The notes: generated by a model from the letters alone, not told the origin. Positions 8,283-17,961 are shown, numbered from the stretch's first letter. The stretch is 42,373 nt of DNA from Candidatus Limnocylindrales bacterium (GCA_044868045.1 JBIOWA010000111.1:1-42373); one strand, 5' to 3'. Program-made: numbers and translations.

Positions 8283-9310
8283 CACTCGACCTGGGAGCAT
8301 CGCCGCCGTCCGCGCCGACCGCCCCCGAGGCCTCCTTGCGGGCCCGACTCCGACGCTTACGACGCACTCCGGCCCTGCGGGCACTGGTCCGGGAGACCCG
8401 CCTCCATCCCTCGATGTTCGTTGCCCCTCTGTTCGTGCAGCCGGGCGTGAACCGCCGCGACCCGATCGGATCCATGCCCGGCCAGGCCCGGCTGTCGCCG
8501 GACCTTGCAGCGGAGGAAGCCGAGCGACTGGCCGGGCTCCGCGTTGGCGGCGTCATCCTATTCGGCCTCCCCGAGTCGAAGGACCCAGTGGGCACGGAGG
8601 CATCCGCAGCCGACGGGATCGTCCAGGACGCCTTCCGGCGCATCCGAGCGCTTGAGTTGCCGCTCGTGACGATTGCCGACACGTGCCTGTGTGAGTACAC
8701 CGACCACGGCCACTGCGGGCTACTCGGGCCGGACGGCTCGGTCGACAACGACGCCGCCACCGCCCGACTCGCCGAGATAGCCGTCACCCAGGCCAGCGCC
8801 GGCGCCGACATCGTCGCGCCCAGCGCGATGATGGACGGCCAGGTTCGTGCGATCCGTGCCGCGCTCGATGAGGCGGGTTTCGGGCAGACCGCGATCATGG
8901 CCTATGCCTCGAAGCACGCCTCGGCCTTCTACGGCCCGTTCCGCGAGGCGGCCGACAGCGCCCCCGCCTTTGGCGACCGGCGGGGCTACCAGATGGATCC
9001 TGCGAATGGCCGAGAGGCGCTCCGCGAGATGGCGCTTGACGTCGCCGAGGGCGCCGACATCCTGCTCGTCAAGCCGGCGCTGCCAGGACTCGACCTCGTC
9101 GCCGCGGCGCGCGCGGGGTTCGACCTGCCGATCGCCGCCTACCAGGTCTCGGGCGAGTACGCGATGATCGGCGCAGCTGCCGAGCGGGGCTGGCTCGACG
9201 GGCGGCGGGCGATGACCGAGGCGGTCACGGCGATCGCCCGGGCCGGAGCGGGGATCATCATCACCTACGCCGCCGCAGACCTCGCGACTTGGCTCCGGGA
9301 AGAGCAATGA
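8279..9310 (+). CDS. hemB: Porphobilinogen synthase, Zn type
   Basis: DTCLCEYTDHGHCG, SAFYGPFREA, YQMDP, VKP, YQVSGEY. Confidence 0.97.
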   Translation: MTLDLGASPPSAPTAPEASLRARLRRLRRTPALRALVRETRLHPSMFVAPLFVQPGVNRRDPIGSMPGQARLSPDLAAEEAERLAGLRVGGVILFGLPESKDPVGTEASAADGIVQDAFRRIRALELPLVTIADTCLCEYTDHGHCGLLGPDGSVDNDAATARLAEIAVTQASAGADIVAPSAMMDGQVRAIRAALDEAGFGQTAIMAYASKHASAFYGPFREAADSAPAFGDRRGYQMDPANGREALREMALDVAEGADILLVKPALPGLDLVAAARAGFDLPIAAYQVSGEYAMIGAAAERGWLDGRRAMTEAVTAIARAGAGIIITYAAADLATWLREEQ

Positions 9311-9996
9311 GCAGCGAGGCGCAGACATACGTCCAGGCGCTCGCCCTCGGGCTCGACCCCGCCTGGCGGCGACGGACCGACATCGAGCGCCACGACGACG
9401 GCTGTCGCTTCGGCGAGGCGCGCACCGCGGGTGAGCTGGACGGCGTGCGGAGCATCAGCTATTCGTCGATCGGCCTCGAGCGTGGCGTGGATCTGCTGTT
9501 CTGGCGGATGGCTCCCAGCGTCGACGTCCTCGAGTCGACCGCCGCGGGGCTGCTCCGGGCCGGCCTCGGCCAGTGGCTGACGGTGACTTACTCATTCATC
9601 GGCCGGATCGGTCCGTCGCAGTACGTCAGGAAGCCCACCGACCAGGAGCAGTCGCTGTTCGCCGGCGAGCGCTCGCGCTACCTCGTCGTCTACCCGTTCA
9701 CCAAGAGCACCGACTGGTACCTCCTGTCGAAGGAGGCGCGCCAGGGCGTGATGAACGAGCACATGCGGGTCGGCCACGAGTACCCTCAGATCCGCCAGGC
9801 TCTTGCCTATTCCTTTGGGCTCGATTCCCAGGACTTCGTCGTCGCCTACGAGACCGACGACCTCGTGGCGTTCGGCGACCTCGTCCGGGCGCTGCGGGCG
9901 ACCGAGAGCCGGCGCTCGACGGTTAGCGACACGCCGATCCTGCTCGGGATCCACCGCCCGGTCGACGAGATCCTCAGCCTGCTCGGAGCCGAGTGA
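9307..9996 (+). CDS. chdC: Coproheme decarboxylase (HemQ/ChdC, chlorite dismutase superfamily)
   Basis: YPFTK motif, WYLL..EARQGVMNEHMRVG proximal His, heme operon context. Confidence 0.85.
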   Translation: MSSEAQTYVQALALGLDPAWRRRTDIERHDDGCRFGEARTAGELDGVRSISYSSIGLERGVDLLFWRMAPSVDVLESTAAGLLRAGLGQWLTVTYSFIGRIGPSQYVRKPTDQEQSLFAGERSRYLVVYPFTKSTDWYLLSKEARQGVMNEHMRVGHEYPQIRQALAYSFGLDSQDFVVAYETDDLVAFGDLVRALRATESRRSTVSDTPILLGIHRPVDEILSLLGAE

Positions 9997-11285
9997 TGGC
10001 CGGCACGGCGATCGGGTCGCGGACCGCGGCACTCGTCGAACGCGCCGAGCGGCTGTTCCCCGGCGGCGTCAACAGCCCAGTCCGCGCCTTCCGCGCCGTG
10101 GGCCGGTCGCCGCTCGTTCTCGAGCGGGGCGACGGACCGTACGTCTGGGACGCCGACGGACGGCGCTACATCGACTACATCGGCGCCTGGGGCCCTGCGA
10201 TCCTGGGGCACGCCCATCCGGCGGTCATCGAGGCGGTCGGGGACGCCGCGCGGAACGGGTTCGCCCTCGGGGCAACGAACCCGCTCGAGGTCGAGCTGGG
10301 CGAGGCGATCCGGGCGGCGATGCCGTCGATCGAGCGCCTCCGGCTTACGTCGTCGGGAACCGAGGCAGTGATGAGCGCGCTCCGGGTGGCGCGGGCTGCG
10401 ACCGGTCGCAACCTCATCGTCAAGTTCGCCGGCGCCTACCACGGACACGCCGACGGGCTACTCGTCGAGGCCGGTTCGGGGGTGGCGACGCTGGCGATCG
10501 CCGGCAGCGCCGGGGTGCCCGACGTCGTGGCCGCGACGACGATCGTGCTCCCGTACAACGACCCGGCAGCGGTGAGCCGGGCCTTCGCCGATCACGCCGG
10601 GCGGATCGGGGCGCTGATCGTCGAGCCCGTCATGGCCAACGCCGGCGTCATCCCGCCCGAGCCCAGCTTCCTCGAGCACCTGCGCGAGACGACCCAGGCC
10701 GACGGCGCGCTCCTCGTCTTCGACGAGGTCATCACCGGGTTCCGGGTTGCGCCCGGCGGGGCGCAGGCGCGGTTCGGCGTCACGCCCGACCTCACCACAC
10801 TCGGCAAGATCATCGGCGGCGGCATGCCGATCGGGGCCTATGGCGGTCGAGCGGACCTCATGGACCTCGTCTCGCCGGCGGGTCCCGTCTACCAGGCGGG
10901 CACGCTGTCCGGCCACCCGCTGTCGATGGCCGCCGGCATCGCCACGCTCGGGGAGCTGGGCGAGGAGCGCTATGCGGCCCTCGAGCAGTCGGCCGTGGCG
11001 CTCACAGCCGGGCTCACGGAGGCCGCGACGAGCGCGGGCCGGGAGGTGGCCGTCGCCCGGGTCGGCTCCTTGCTGACCGTGTTCTTCCGGTCGACGCCGC
11101 CGGTCGATGCCGCCGAGGCGCTTGCATCCGACCGCGATGCCTACGCCCGGTTCTTCGGGGCGATGCTCGATCAGGGCATCCTGCTGCCCCCTTCGCAGTT
11201 CGAGGCGTGGTTCGTATCGATGGCTCACGGGTCGGCCGAGTTCGATGCGACGCGCGATGCCGCACGAACGGCTTTCGCGGCATGA
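9996..11285 (+). CDS. hemL: Glutamate-1-semialdehyde 2,1-aminomutase
   Basis: PGGVNSPVRAF, SGTEA, FDEVITGFR, LGKIIGGGMP, YQAGTLSG. Confidence 0.97.
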   Translation: MAGTAIGSRTAALVERAERLFPGGVNSPVRAFRAVGRSPLVLERGDGPYVWDADGRRYIDYIGAWGPAILGHAHPAVIEAVGDAARNGFALGATNPLEVELGEAIRAAMPSIERLRLTSSGTEAVMSALRVARAATGRNLIVKFAGAYHGHADGLLVEAGSGVATLAIAGSAGVPDVVAATTIVLPYNDPAAVSRAFADHAGRIGALIVEPVMANAGVIPPEPSFLEHLRETTQADGALLVFDEVITGFRVAPGGAQARFGVTPDLTTLGKIIGGGMPIGAYGGRADLMDLVSPAGPVYQAGTLSGHPLSMAAGIATLGELGEERYAALEQSAVALTAGLTEAATSAGREVAVARVGSLLTVFFRSTPPVDAAEALASDRDAYARFFGAMLDQGILLPPSQFEAWFVSMAHGSAEFDATRDAARTAFAA

Positions 11286-12328
11286 ACGATCGCCTCCTGC
11301 GGACCTGCCGTCGCGAGCCGGTCGACGCCACGCCGGTGTGGTTCATGCGCCAGGCGGGCCGCTCGTTCGCCGCCTACCGCAGGCTTCGCGAGCGGTACGG
11401 CATCCTCGAGCTCGCCAAGACCCCCGAGCTATGCGCCGAGGTGACCCTCATGCCCGTCCACGAGCTCGGCGTCGACGCGGCCGTCCTGTTCGCCGACATC
11501 ATGCTGCCGCTCGAGCCGATGGGGGTCGGCCTGCGGATCGAGCCCGAGGTCGGGCCGATCATCGACCGGCCGATCCGGTCGGCAGCGGACGTCGCTGCGC
11601 TCCGGCCCTTCGATCCGGCCCAGGTCTCCTTCACGTTCGATGCGATCCACCTCGTCCGGCGCGAGCTCGGCGGCTCGGCCGGCGTCATCGGCTTTTCGGG
11701 CGCTCCCTTCACCCTCGCCTGCTATCTCATCGAGGGCCGCGCGTCGCGCGACTACGCGGTCGCCAAGTCGTTCATGTACCGCGAGCCCGCCGCCTGGCAC
11801 GACCTGATGGAGCGGCTGTCGTCGATGGTGGCTCGGTATCTCCGGGCGCAGGTCGCGGCGGGCGCCGAGGTCGTCCAGCTGTTCGACAGCTGGGTCGGGG
11901 GGCTCGGCCCCGCCGACTACGCGGCGTTCGTCCAGCCCCACGTCCGGCGGATCTTCGCGGCCCTCGACGAGGTCCCGACGATCCACTTCGGGACGGGGAC
12001 GACGGCAATCCTCGAGCTCATGGCCGAGGCCGGCGGGGACGTCATCGGCATCGACCACCGGGTCGCACTCGCGGATGCCTGGCGGCGCGTGGGCTACGAC
12101 CGGGGCATCCAGGGCAACCTCGACGCGGCCCGCGTCCTGGCCGGCTGGGAGGCGACGGAGGCGGGCGCGCGAGCCGTCCTCGCCGAGGCCGACGGTCGAC
12201 CCGGCCACATCTTCAACCTCGGGCACGGCGTGCTGCCCGACTCAGATACTGCTCTACTTCGACGCCTGGTCGACTTCGTCCACGAGCAGACCGCCAGCAC
12301 AGGCGTCAGCGCCGAGGTTCTCGCGTGA
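11282..12328 (+). CDS. hemE: Uroporphyrinogen decarboxylase
   Basis: PVWFMRQAGR, FADIM, IGFSGAPFTLA, QLFDSW, IFNLGHGV; ATG at 11282 overlaps hemL stop. Confidence 0.97.
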   Translation: MNDRLLRTCRREPVDATPVWFMRQAGRSFAAYRRLRERYGILELAKTPELCAEVTLMPVHELGVDAAVLFADIMLPLEPMGVGLRIEPEVGPIIDRPIRSAADVAALRPFDPAQVSFTFDAIHLVRRELGGSAGVIGFSGAPFTLACYLIEGRASRDYAVAKSFMYREPAAWHDLMERLSSMVARYLRAQVAAGAEVVQLFDSWVGGLGPADYAAFVQPHVRRIFAALDEVPTIHFGTGTTAILELMAEAGGDVIGIDHRVALADAWRRVGYDRGIQGNLDAARVLAGWEATEAGARAVLAEADGRPGHIFNLGHGVLPDSDTALLRRLVDFVHEQTASTGVSAEVLA

Positions 12329-13284
12329 CCGCCACCGAGCGCCGCGGGGTGCTCCTGATGACCTATGGCTCACCCGCCTCCCTGGAGCGTGAGGACATCC
12401 GGATATACCTGGCACGCGTCCGCGGCGGACGCGAGCCGGATTCCGAGCTCGTCGACGAGTTCGTCCGGCGATACCGCGTCATCGGCGGATCGCCGCTCAT
12501 CGAGATCACCCGTGTCCAGGCGGCCGCACTCGAGGAGTCGCTCGGCTGGCCAGTCGAGGTCGGGATGCGCTTCTCCGAGCCGTCGATCGCGAGCGGCATT
12601 CGGGCCCTCGCGGACCGCGGAGTGGAGCGCATCGCCGCGATCGTCCTCTCGCCGCAGTTCTCGCCGCTGCTGATGAGCGGCTACGCGAGGGGGATTGAGG
12701 AGGCCCGGACGGCGCTAGGGGATGACGCGCCCGAGGTGAGCGTCGCCGGCGCCTGGCACGACGAGGCGGCGTTTGTTCGCGCGCTCGCGAATAGAGTCAG
12801 CGACGGGCTGGCAGCGTTGCCGCCCAACGAGGGGGAAGCGGTCGAGGTCCTGATGACCGCGCACAGCCTCCCGAAGCGCGTTGCCGAGCAGGAGCCCGGA
12901 TATCTCGCCCAACTCCGCGACACGGCGGTGGCCGGTGCCGCCCGAGCCGGTCTCCCCGAGCACGGATGGCAGTTCTGCTGGCAGAGCGCGGGGCACGAGC
13001 CGGGCGAGTGGATGAAGCCAGACTTCGCCGACCTGATGCCGGAGCTCGCCGCGGCTGGACGTCGGTCGGTCCTGGTCGCACCGGTCCAGTTCCTGGCCGA
13101 CCACCTCGAGATCCTCTACGACGTCGACGTCGGAGCCCGCGAGCAGGCGGAGCGATGCGGCCTGTCGTTCCGGCGGATCGAATCACTCAACGCGGAGCCG
13201 GCTCTGATCGAAGCGCTGGCCGCAGTAGCCCGACGCACTCTGGCGACGGCCGAGCCACTCGGTGTGGCCGCGGAGCGATCGTGA
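12325..13284 (+). CDS. hemH: Ferrochelatase (probably coproporphyrin ferrochelatase CpfC)
   Basis: GVLLMTYGSP, GGSPL, TAHSLP, WQSAG, DHLEILYDVD. Confidence 0.95.
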   Translation: MTATERRGVLLMTYGSPASLEREDIRIYLARVRGGREPDSELVDEFVRRYRVIGGSPLIEITRVQAAALEESLGWPVEVGMRFSEPSIASGIRALADRGVERIAAIVLSPQFSPLLMSGYARGIEEARTALGDDAPEVSVAGAWHDEAAFVRALANRVSDGLAALPPNEGEAVEVLMTAHSLPKRVAEQEPGYLAQLRDTAVAGAARAGLPEHGWQFCWQSAGHEPGEWMKPDFADLMPELAAAGRRSVLVAPVQFLADHLEILYDVDVGAREQAERCGLSFRRIESLNAEPALIEALAAVARRTLATAEPLGVAAERS

Positions 13285-13479
13285 TCCGAATACATGCTGC
13301 GTAGAGGACAGCGGAGCTAGGGAGGCCGTCGAAGGCGTTCCCGCGATCCGATGGCCGCGAGGGTGTTCGCGGTCGGCATGCCCGAAAATCGCTCAGGTGG
13401 CAGGTCTTCAGCGTTGTGGCAGACGCCGTCACTCAAGATTCGCAGCCTGAAGCAGCGGTCTGAACGGGAAAGGGGAGCC

Positions 13480-13521
13480 GGAGCCGAAACGCAGATTCGA
13501 ACTGCAGACCTGCTGTTTCCG
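13480..13521 (-). other. 3' half of a tRNA-Thr-like gene (attachment-site scar)
   Basis: Minus strand reads CGGAA-ACAGC-AGGTC-TGCAG-TTCGAAT-CTGCG-TTTCGGC-T-CC: anticodon 3' stem, variable loop, T-arm and acceptor strand of a GCC-starting tRNA; no 5' half. Confidence 0.7.
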
Positions 13522-13539
13522 CCGACGCCTAAAACCGAG

Positions 13540-14719
13540 CCCACCGGCAGCGCTGTCGTTCACGGGCCATTGGCTGCGTACGGCGCGGCGCGGCGTGACA
13601 CCTGGACGGCGGTGAGCGCTGCGAGGGCGATCACGACGATGCCGTAACCGAAGGCCGTCTCCCGCAACCCGCGATAGATCCCGACGTAGATGGCTGCCAC
13701 CAGGGCCGCACGCCTGTCGGCGGGCGCGGCACTCACGAGCATCCTGAACAGCCCACTGAACGCAGGGCCAGGCCTAGGCCAGCGACGACGCTCCCACCAA
13801 AGAGGAGGGCTGCGGATCCCGTTGCTACCCCAGCGAGCGTCAGCCCGACTCCGACGGCCAACAGTGCAGATCCCGTCGCCGCCGTGGCGCGTGGGTCTGC
13901 GGCGCGAACCACGGCCGATGCGACGGCACCCGTGCCGAGCAATGCCCCGATTACCAGGCCGCCGGCCGCTCGGTTGTCGGTCGCCAGGAGCGCCAGGGCG
14001 AGCGATGGTCCGAGCGAATGGTAGAACCCGGCGATCGCCCACTGAGCGACAAGCGACGGCGCAAGCGATTTGAAGACCGGTCGCGCCGCGGCCGGCACGC
14101 CCACGTCGGGCCGCATCGAACGTAGCCACCCCGGCGACCGCCGACCGGGTCGGGCATGACCGCGACGGCGACCAGACCGACCACGTAGACCGCGAGCGGC
14201 AGCCAGAAGACGAGGTGGAGCGGATCCGGACCCTATTCGACGAGCAACCCCGCGCCGACCGCTCCGGCGGCGAGCCCGGCGACGGGCGCGACACCGCCAA
14301 CAAGGCTCGCGAGCCTGCGCTCCGCCTGTGACTCGAGGTCGATCAGCCACGCGCTGATCGCGCCCGCGGCCACGCCCGTGGCGACGCCCTGGATGATCCG
14401 TCCAACGAACAGCGCCTCGACTCCCTACGCGACGTTGAATGCGGCCATCCCCTTAGATCTGCAACGTCAGCGCCAGAGCCATGACACGTCGCCGGCCCAC
14501 GTGGTCGGAGAGTCGGCCGGTCGTCAGCAACGCCGCTAGCGCCCCGAACGCGTACACCGCGTAGATGGTGGTCAGGGTCAAGGGCGAGAACTGCCACCTC
14601 GCCTGATACACCGCGTAGAGCGGCGACGGCGCGCTCGCCGCGAACAGGAACGCGGCGAGGAGCCCGCCGAGCAACCAGAACGAGGCTTGTCGCGATCGCG
14701 TGGGTCGAATTGCGCCCAT
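13540..14719 (-). pseudogene. MFS transporter pseudogene
   Basis: ASAPSPLYAVYQ...GRLSDHVGRR MFS motif, early stop at 14453, remaining TM segments scattered across frames. Confidence 0.85.
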
Positions 14720-14770
14720 GGGCGGATCTAGGGACGCCTCCTGGCGATCAGGTCCTGCAGTCGGCCTAGC

Positions 14771-15801
14771 TGTGATTCACAGCAGCGTTGTTGACAAACG
14801 AGAGCCTCACGTCACGGTTTGGGGTGTTACCCAACCAGACCGTGAGGAGGCTCTCGTGGGACATCGTAGGGCGAAGCTGACTGTGTTCGGTCGGCGGCTT
14901 CTGGCCGAGCGAGTGGAGCTCGACGGATGGTCGGTCGCGAAGGCGGCGGACGCTGCCGGCGTGAGCCGTCAGACGGCCACCAAGTGGGTCCACCGCTATC
15001 GAGCCGATGGCCTCGCCGGGCTCGAGGACCACAGCTCTGCTCCGCGCCGGATGCCCCGGGCGTTGCCGGCTGAGGAAGTCCAGCGCGTGATCGAGGCGCG
15101 GATGACCCTGCGCGTCGGCCCGCACCGGCTCGCCCCGCTGCTCGGCATGCCGCGCTCGACGATCGGCGAGATCCTGCGCCGCCACGGTCTGTCCCGACTG
15201 CGCGATCTCGACCGGGCCTCGGGCATCCCGATCCGCTACGTCCGCGAGCGACCGGGCGAACTGCTCCATCTGGACGTCAAGAAGCTGGGGAGGATCCCCG
15301 ACGGCGGCGGTCACCGGTTCCGGGGTCGCCTCGGGACGCCCAGGGCGCATGCCGGCTACGACGTCATCCACGTTGCCGTCGACGACGCCACCCGGGTCGC
15401 CTACATGGCTGTCCGCGACGACGAGCGGGGTCCGACGTGTGCCCGGTTCCTGGTGGAGGCAGCGGCCTGGTTCGCCCGCCACGGCGTGCGGATCGAGCGG
15501 GTCATGACCGACAACGCCCGCAACTACACCGACGCCCGGGTGTTCGCCGATGCCGTCCGGTCGATCGGGGCGAAGCACAAGCTCACCCGGCCGCGGCGTC
15601 CGCAGACCAACGGCAAGGCCGAGCGGTTCATCCAGACCATGCTCGCCGAGTGGGCGTACGCCCGGCTCTATCCGACCAACGACGCCCGGCTCAACGCCCT
15701 CCCGGCGTGGCTCGACCACTACAACCACAACCGAGCCCACACGTCGCTCGACGGCAAGGCACCAATGCAGGTGCTCGTCAGCAACGTGAATGGGAATCAC
15801 A
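14771..15801 (+). mobile_element. IS481-family insertion sequence, 1031 bp
   Basis: TGT...ACA ends, 25-bp imperfect terminal IRs (19/25), 6-bp target duplication CCTAGC at 14765-14770 and 15802-15807. Confidence 0.95.
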
Positions 15802-15806
15802 CCTAG
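14856..15806 (+). CDS. IS481-family DDE transposase
   Basis: GELLHLDVKKLGRI, AVDDATR, VMTDN, RPQTNGKAERF; GAGGAGG RBS; stop TAG supplied by the target site. Confidence 0.96.
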   Translation: MGHRRAKLTVFGRRLLAERVELDGWSVAKAADAAGVSRQTATKWVHRYRADGLAGLEDHSSAPRRMPRALPAEEVQRVIEARMTLRVGPHRLAPLLGMPRSTIGEILRRHGLSRLRDLDRASGIPIRYVRERPGELLHLDVKKLGRIPDGGGHRFRGRLGTPRAHAGYDVIHVAVDDATRVAYMAVRDDERGPTCARFLVEAAAWFARHGVRIERVMTDNARNYTDARVFADAVRSIGAKHKLTRPRRPQTNGKAERFIQTMLAEWAYARLYPTNDARLNALPAWLDHYNHNRAHTSLDGKAPMQVLVSNVNGNHT

Positions 15807-15829
15807 CCCAGCAGGCCAGGTCGATCACC

Positions 15830-16213
15830 TCAGACCGCGTTCGGCGCGGGCGTGGAGGCTGCCTCGGCATCGTCCTCCGGCCGGCGTTGCCACGGCAACC
15901 GACCGGTGAGCTCCATTTCCATCATAAGGCTCAGAACGGTACGAACAAGCACGATTCCGGCCAGGACAGCGACTGACTCGAGCGTTGGGCTGATCGCAAC
16001 CGTCCTGATGATGTCGGCCGCAACGAGGAGTTCCAGGCCGAGCAGGATGCCGCGACCGACCTCGCGCCGAAAGCGGGCATAGACGGTTTGCTCACGTCGA
16101 GCCAACCGGCGGACCGCTAACCCGGCAGCGAGGACAACACCGCCAGCGATGGCCAGGACGCCGACGAGATCGATCATGCGACCGATCCCGTCGATCAACT
16201 GAATGGTGTTCAT
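15830..16213 (-). CDS. DUF1622 membrane protein
   Basis: GRGILLGLELLVAADIIRTV...VLVRTVLS..E signature. Confidence 0.85.
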   Translation of the reverse strand: MNTIQLIDGIGRMIDLVGVLAIAGGVVLAAGLAVRRLARREQTVYARFRREVGRGILLGLELLVAADIIRTVAISPTLESVAVLAGIVLVRTVLSLMMEMELTGRLPWQRRPEDDAEAASTPAPNAV

Positions 16214-16309
16214 CCGACTTGGCCAGGCGCCGTCACTTCAGCGCGCACAACGGCGCCGCTACAACCTGACGGAAATCTGGGTGCTCAACCGCGCTGCATC
16301 TCCGGAGAC

Positions 16310-16738
16310 TTACGCCGCCTTCGATCCTTCCGTCACCTCGCCCTTGTGCGCCGCAAACGCGGCGAGGACTTCGCCCTTCTCGCGCTCGGGCACATTAAAC
16401 GCGTCGAGTGCCCGTGAGAGTTCGGCCGCGACCTCGTCGAACTCCTCCGGCGTGATCCGCAGGCGCCGGTGTGCCTCCTCGAGCCCGAGGATCGTGCTTC
16501 CCGGAACGGTGGGCGAGTACTGGAACGGTCCGCCGGCGACGTTGCACACCCAGAGCATGCGCATGAACTTCAGCCCAGGCAGCCTTCCGATGTCTCTCGT
16601 GGACCACTCGCGGAGCTGGGGATTGGGCGACTGCTCGCCCACCTTTGGATTCTTGATGATCGCGTCACTGAATCGGTCGACAACCGCGGCGATGGCGAAG
16701 ACGCCACCGATCCGGTCGTACAGGGTCTGCTCAGCCAC
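16310..16738 (-). CDS. Group I (2/2) truncated hemoglobin
   Basis: TLYDRIGG, AGGP..Y, LEEAH (proximal His), ITPEEFD; GTG start chosen at 16738. Confidence 0.88.
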   Translation of the reverse strand: MAEQTLYDRIGGVFAIAAVVDRFSDAIIKNPKVGEQSPNPQLREWSTRDIGRLPGLKFMRMLWVCNVAGGPFQYSPTVPGSTILGLEEAHRRLRITPEEFDEVAAELSRALDAFNVPEREKGEVLAAFAAHKGEVTEGSKAA

Positions 16739-17031
16739 GTTCGGGTACCTCGCTTGCGCGTCGGGATCGATCGAGAGGAGGGGCGGCTGACGCAACCGAC
16801 CGCTCCGCCGAAACGCCGGGCAAAAATCGGCTCAACCACCTCCTCGCGCGCCGCCATCGCGCTGATCTGGGCTGCGGCGCCCCCGAGGAACCTGGGCAAC
16901 GGCAGCCCACGAACGGCTGCGCTCGTGCGGCGGTCGCGGTTCGCGAACAATCCGACGATAGCCTCGGTCCAACTCCCGTCGCGTCGATGAGTTCAACGAC
17001 AAACTGCCGAAGTTGATGCGATTCGCGTGAC

Positions 17032-17667
17032 TCATGCTGCGAGCCCGAACAGCCACCCCTCGCGCTCTGCAATCCCGACGAGGGCCGTGCGGCTCGTGAC
17101 TGAGTAACGATCGAACAGGCGGCGGAGGACCGCCTCTACGGTCGGACGCCGGATCGACAGCCGTTCGGCGATCGTGGCGTTCGTTCCGCCGGTGGCGACC
17201 TCTGCGATGATCGCCAGCTCTCGCGGCGCCGGACGCCGGCGTGCTCGCTTGACGATGTCCTCCACGCCAGGGGCAACGACCTTGCCACCACCAGCGACGG
17301 TGCGGATTGCGGTGACGATCTCCGTGACCGGGGCGGTCTTCGACAGGACGCCCTCGGCCCCAGCGTCAAGTGCCGCCTGCAGGAGACTGGGCAAGATGAT
17401 GCCCGTGAGCAGCACGACCGGCGGCCGGGGCGTGCGCGAGCGCAGGAGATCCAGTCCGCAGCCTCTGCCAGAGAAGGCGATCTCCGAAACGACGAGGTCG
17501 GCCCAACCATCAGCCATCGCACGAATGGCGGCCTCGGGTTCGGTGGCGGTATCAACCACGAGGCCAGCCTCGTCCGCGAGGAGTGTGCGCAACGCGACAC
17601 CGACAATCGGATGCTCGTCGACGACGAGCAGCCGGAATACTTCGGGCGAAGCGGCGCGACTCGCCAT
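17032..17667 (-). CDS. NarL/FixJ-family response regulator, atypical receiver
   Basis: LLVVDEHP receiver start, GVLSKTAP, C-terminal LuxR HTH (PRELAII..VATGGTNATIAERL). Confidence 0.85.
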   Translation of the reverse strand: MASRAASPEVFRLLVVDEHPIVGVALRTLLADEAGLVVDTATEPEAAIRAMADGWADLVVSEIAFSGRGCGLDLLRSRTPRPPVVLLTGIILPSLLQAALDAGAEGVLSKTAPVTEIVTAIRTVAGGGKVVAPGVEDIVKRARRRPAPRELAIIAEVATGGTNATIAERLSIRRPTVEAVLRRLFDRYSVTSRTALVGIAEREGWLFGLAA

Positions 17668-17801
17668 GGCGTGGCCCGTAGAACGTCCACGAAGACGACG
17701 TGTCCGGCTTTGGGGCATCTCAAGCTCCGGGTTCGATCACAGAACTGGCGGCTGGGAAGGTGACTGGTGCGGGTTCGCGAATCTAAAACTAGCGTTGGTT
17801 A

Positions 17802-17830
17802 GTTATAGCGTCCCAGAGCCGACGTGTCAA
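17802..17830 (-). promoter_or_regulatory. Near-consensus sigma70 promoter for the response regulator
   Basis: Minus strand TTGACA-17 bp-TATAAC. Confidence 0.75.
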
Positions 17831-17961
17831 GGTCGCCGCGCTTTCGCCGGCCGGCTCGCCGACGGGCGGCTTGATGCGCTCCTCGACCCCTGATGGCACG
17901 GCGCGCGACGGCAGCGTGATCCCTGCCCCTGGCCGACTCGAGTTCCTACGGTGAGGCGAGC

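Noticed and set aside
9307-9996. Chlorite dismutase (chlorite detoxification)
   Set aside because: The YPFxK motif and heme-operon context indicate coproheme decarboxylase
9803-13284. 841-aa and 725-aa ORFs suggesting giant HemE and HemH fusions
   Set aside because: The upstream parts are off-frame reads through hemL and hemE in high-GC DNA; the real starts are the coupled ATG 11282 and GTG 12325
16740-17030. Possible riboswitch upstream of the globin
   Set aside because: GC-rich stems are possible but no known aptamer motif was recognised
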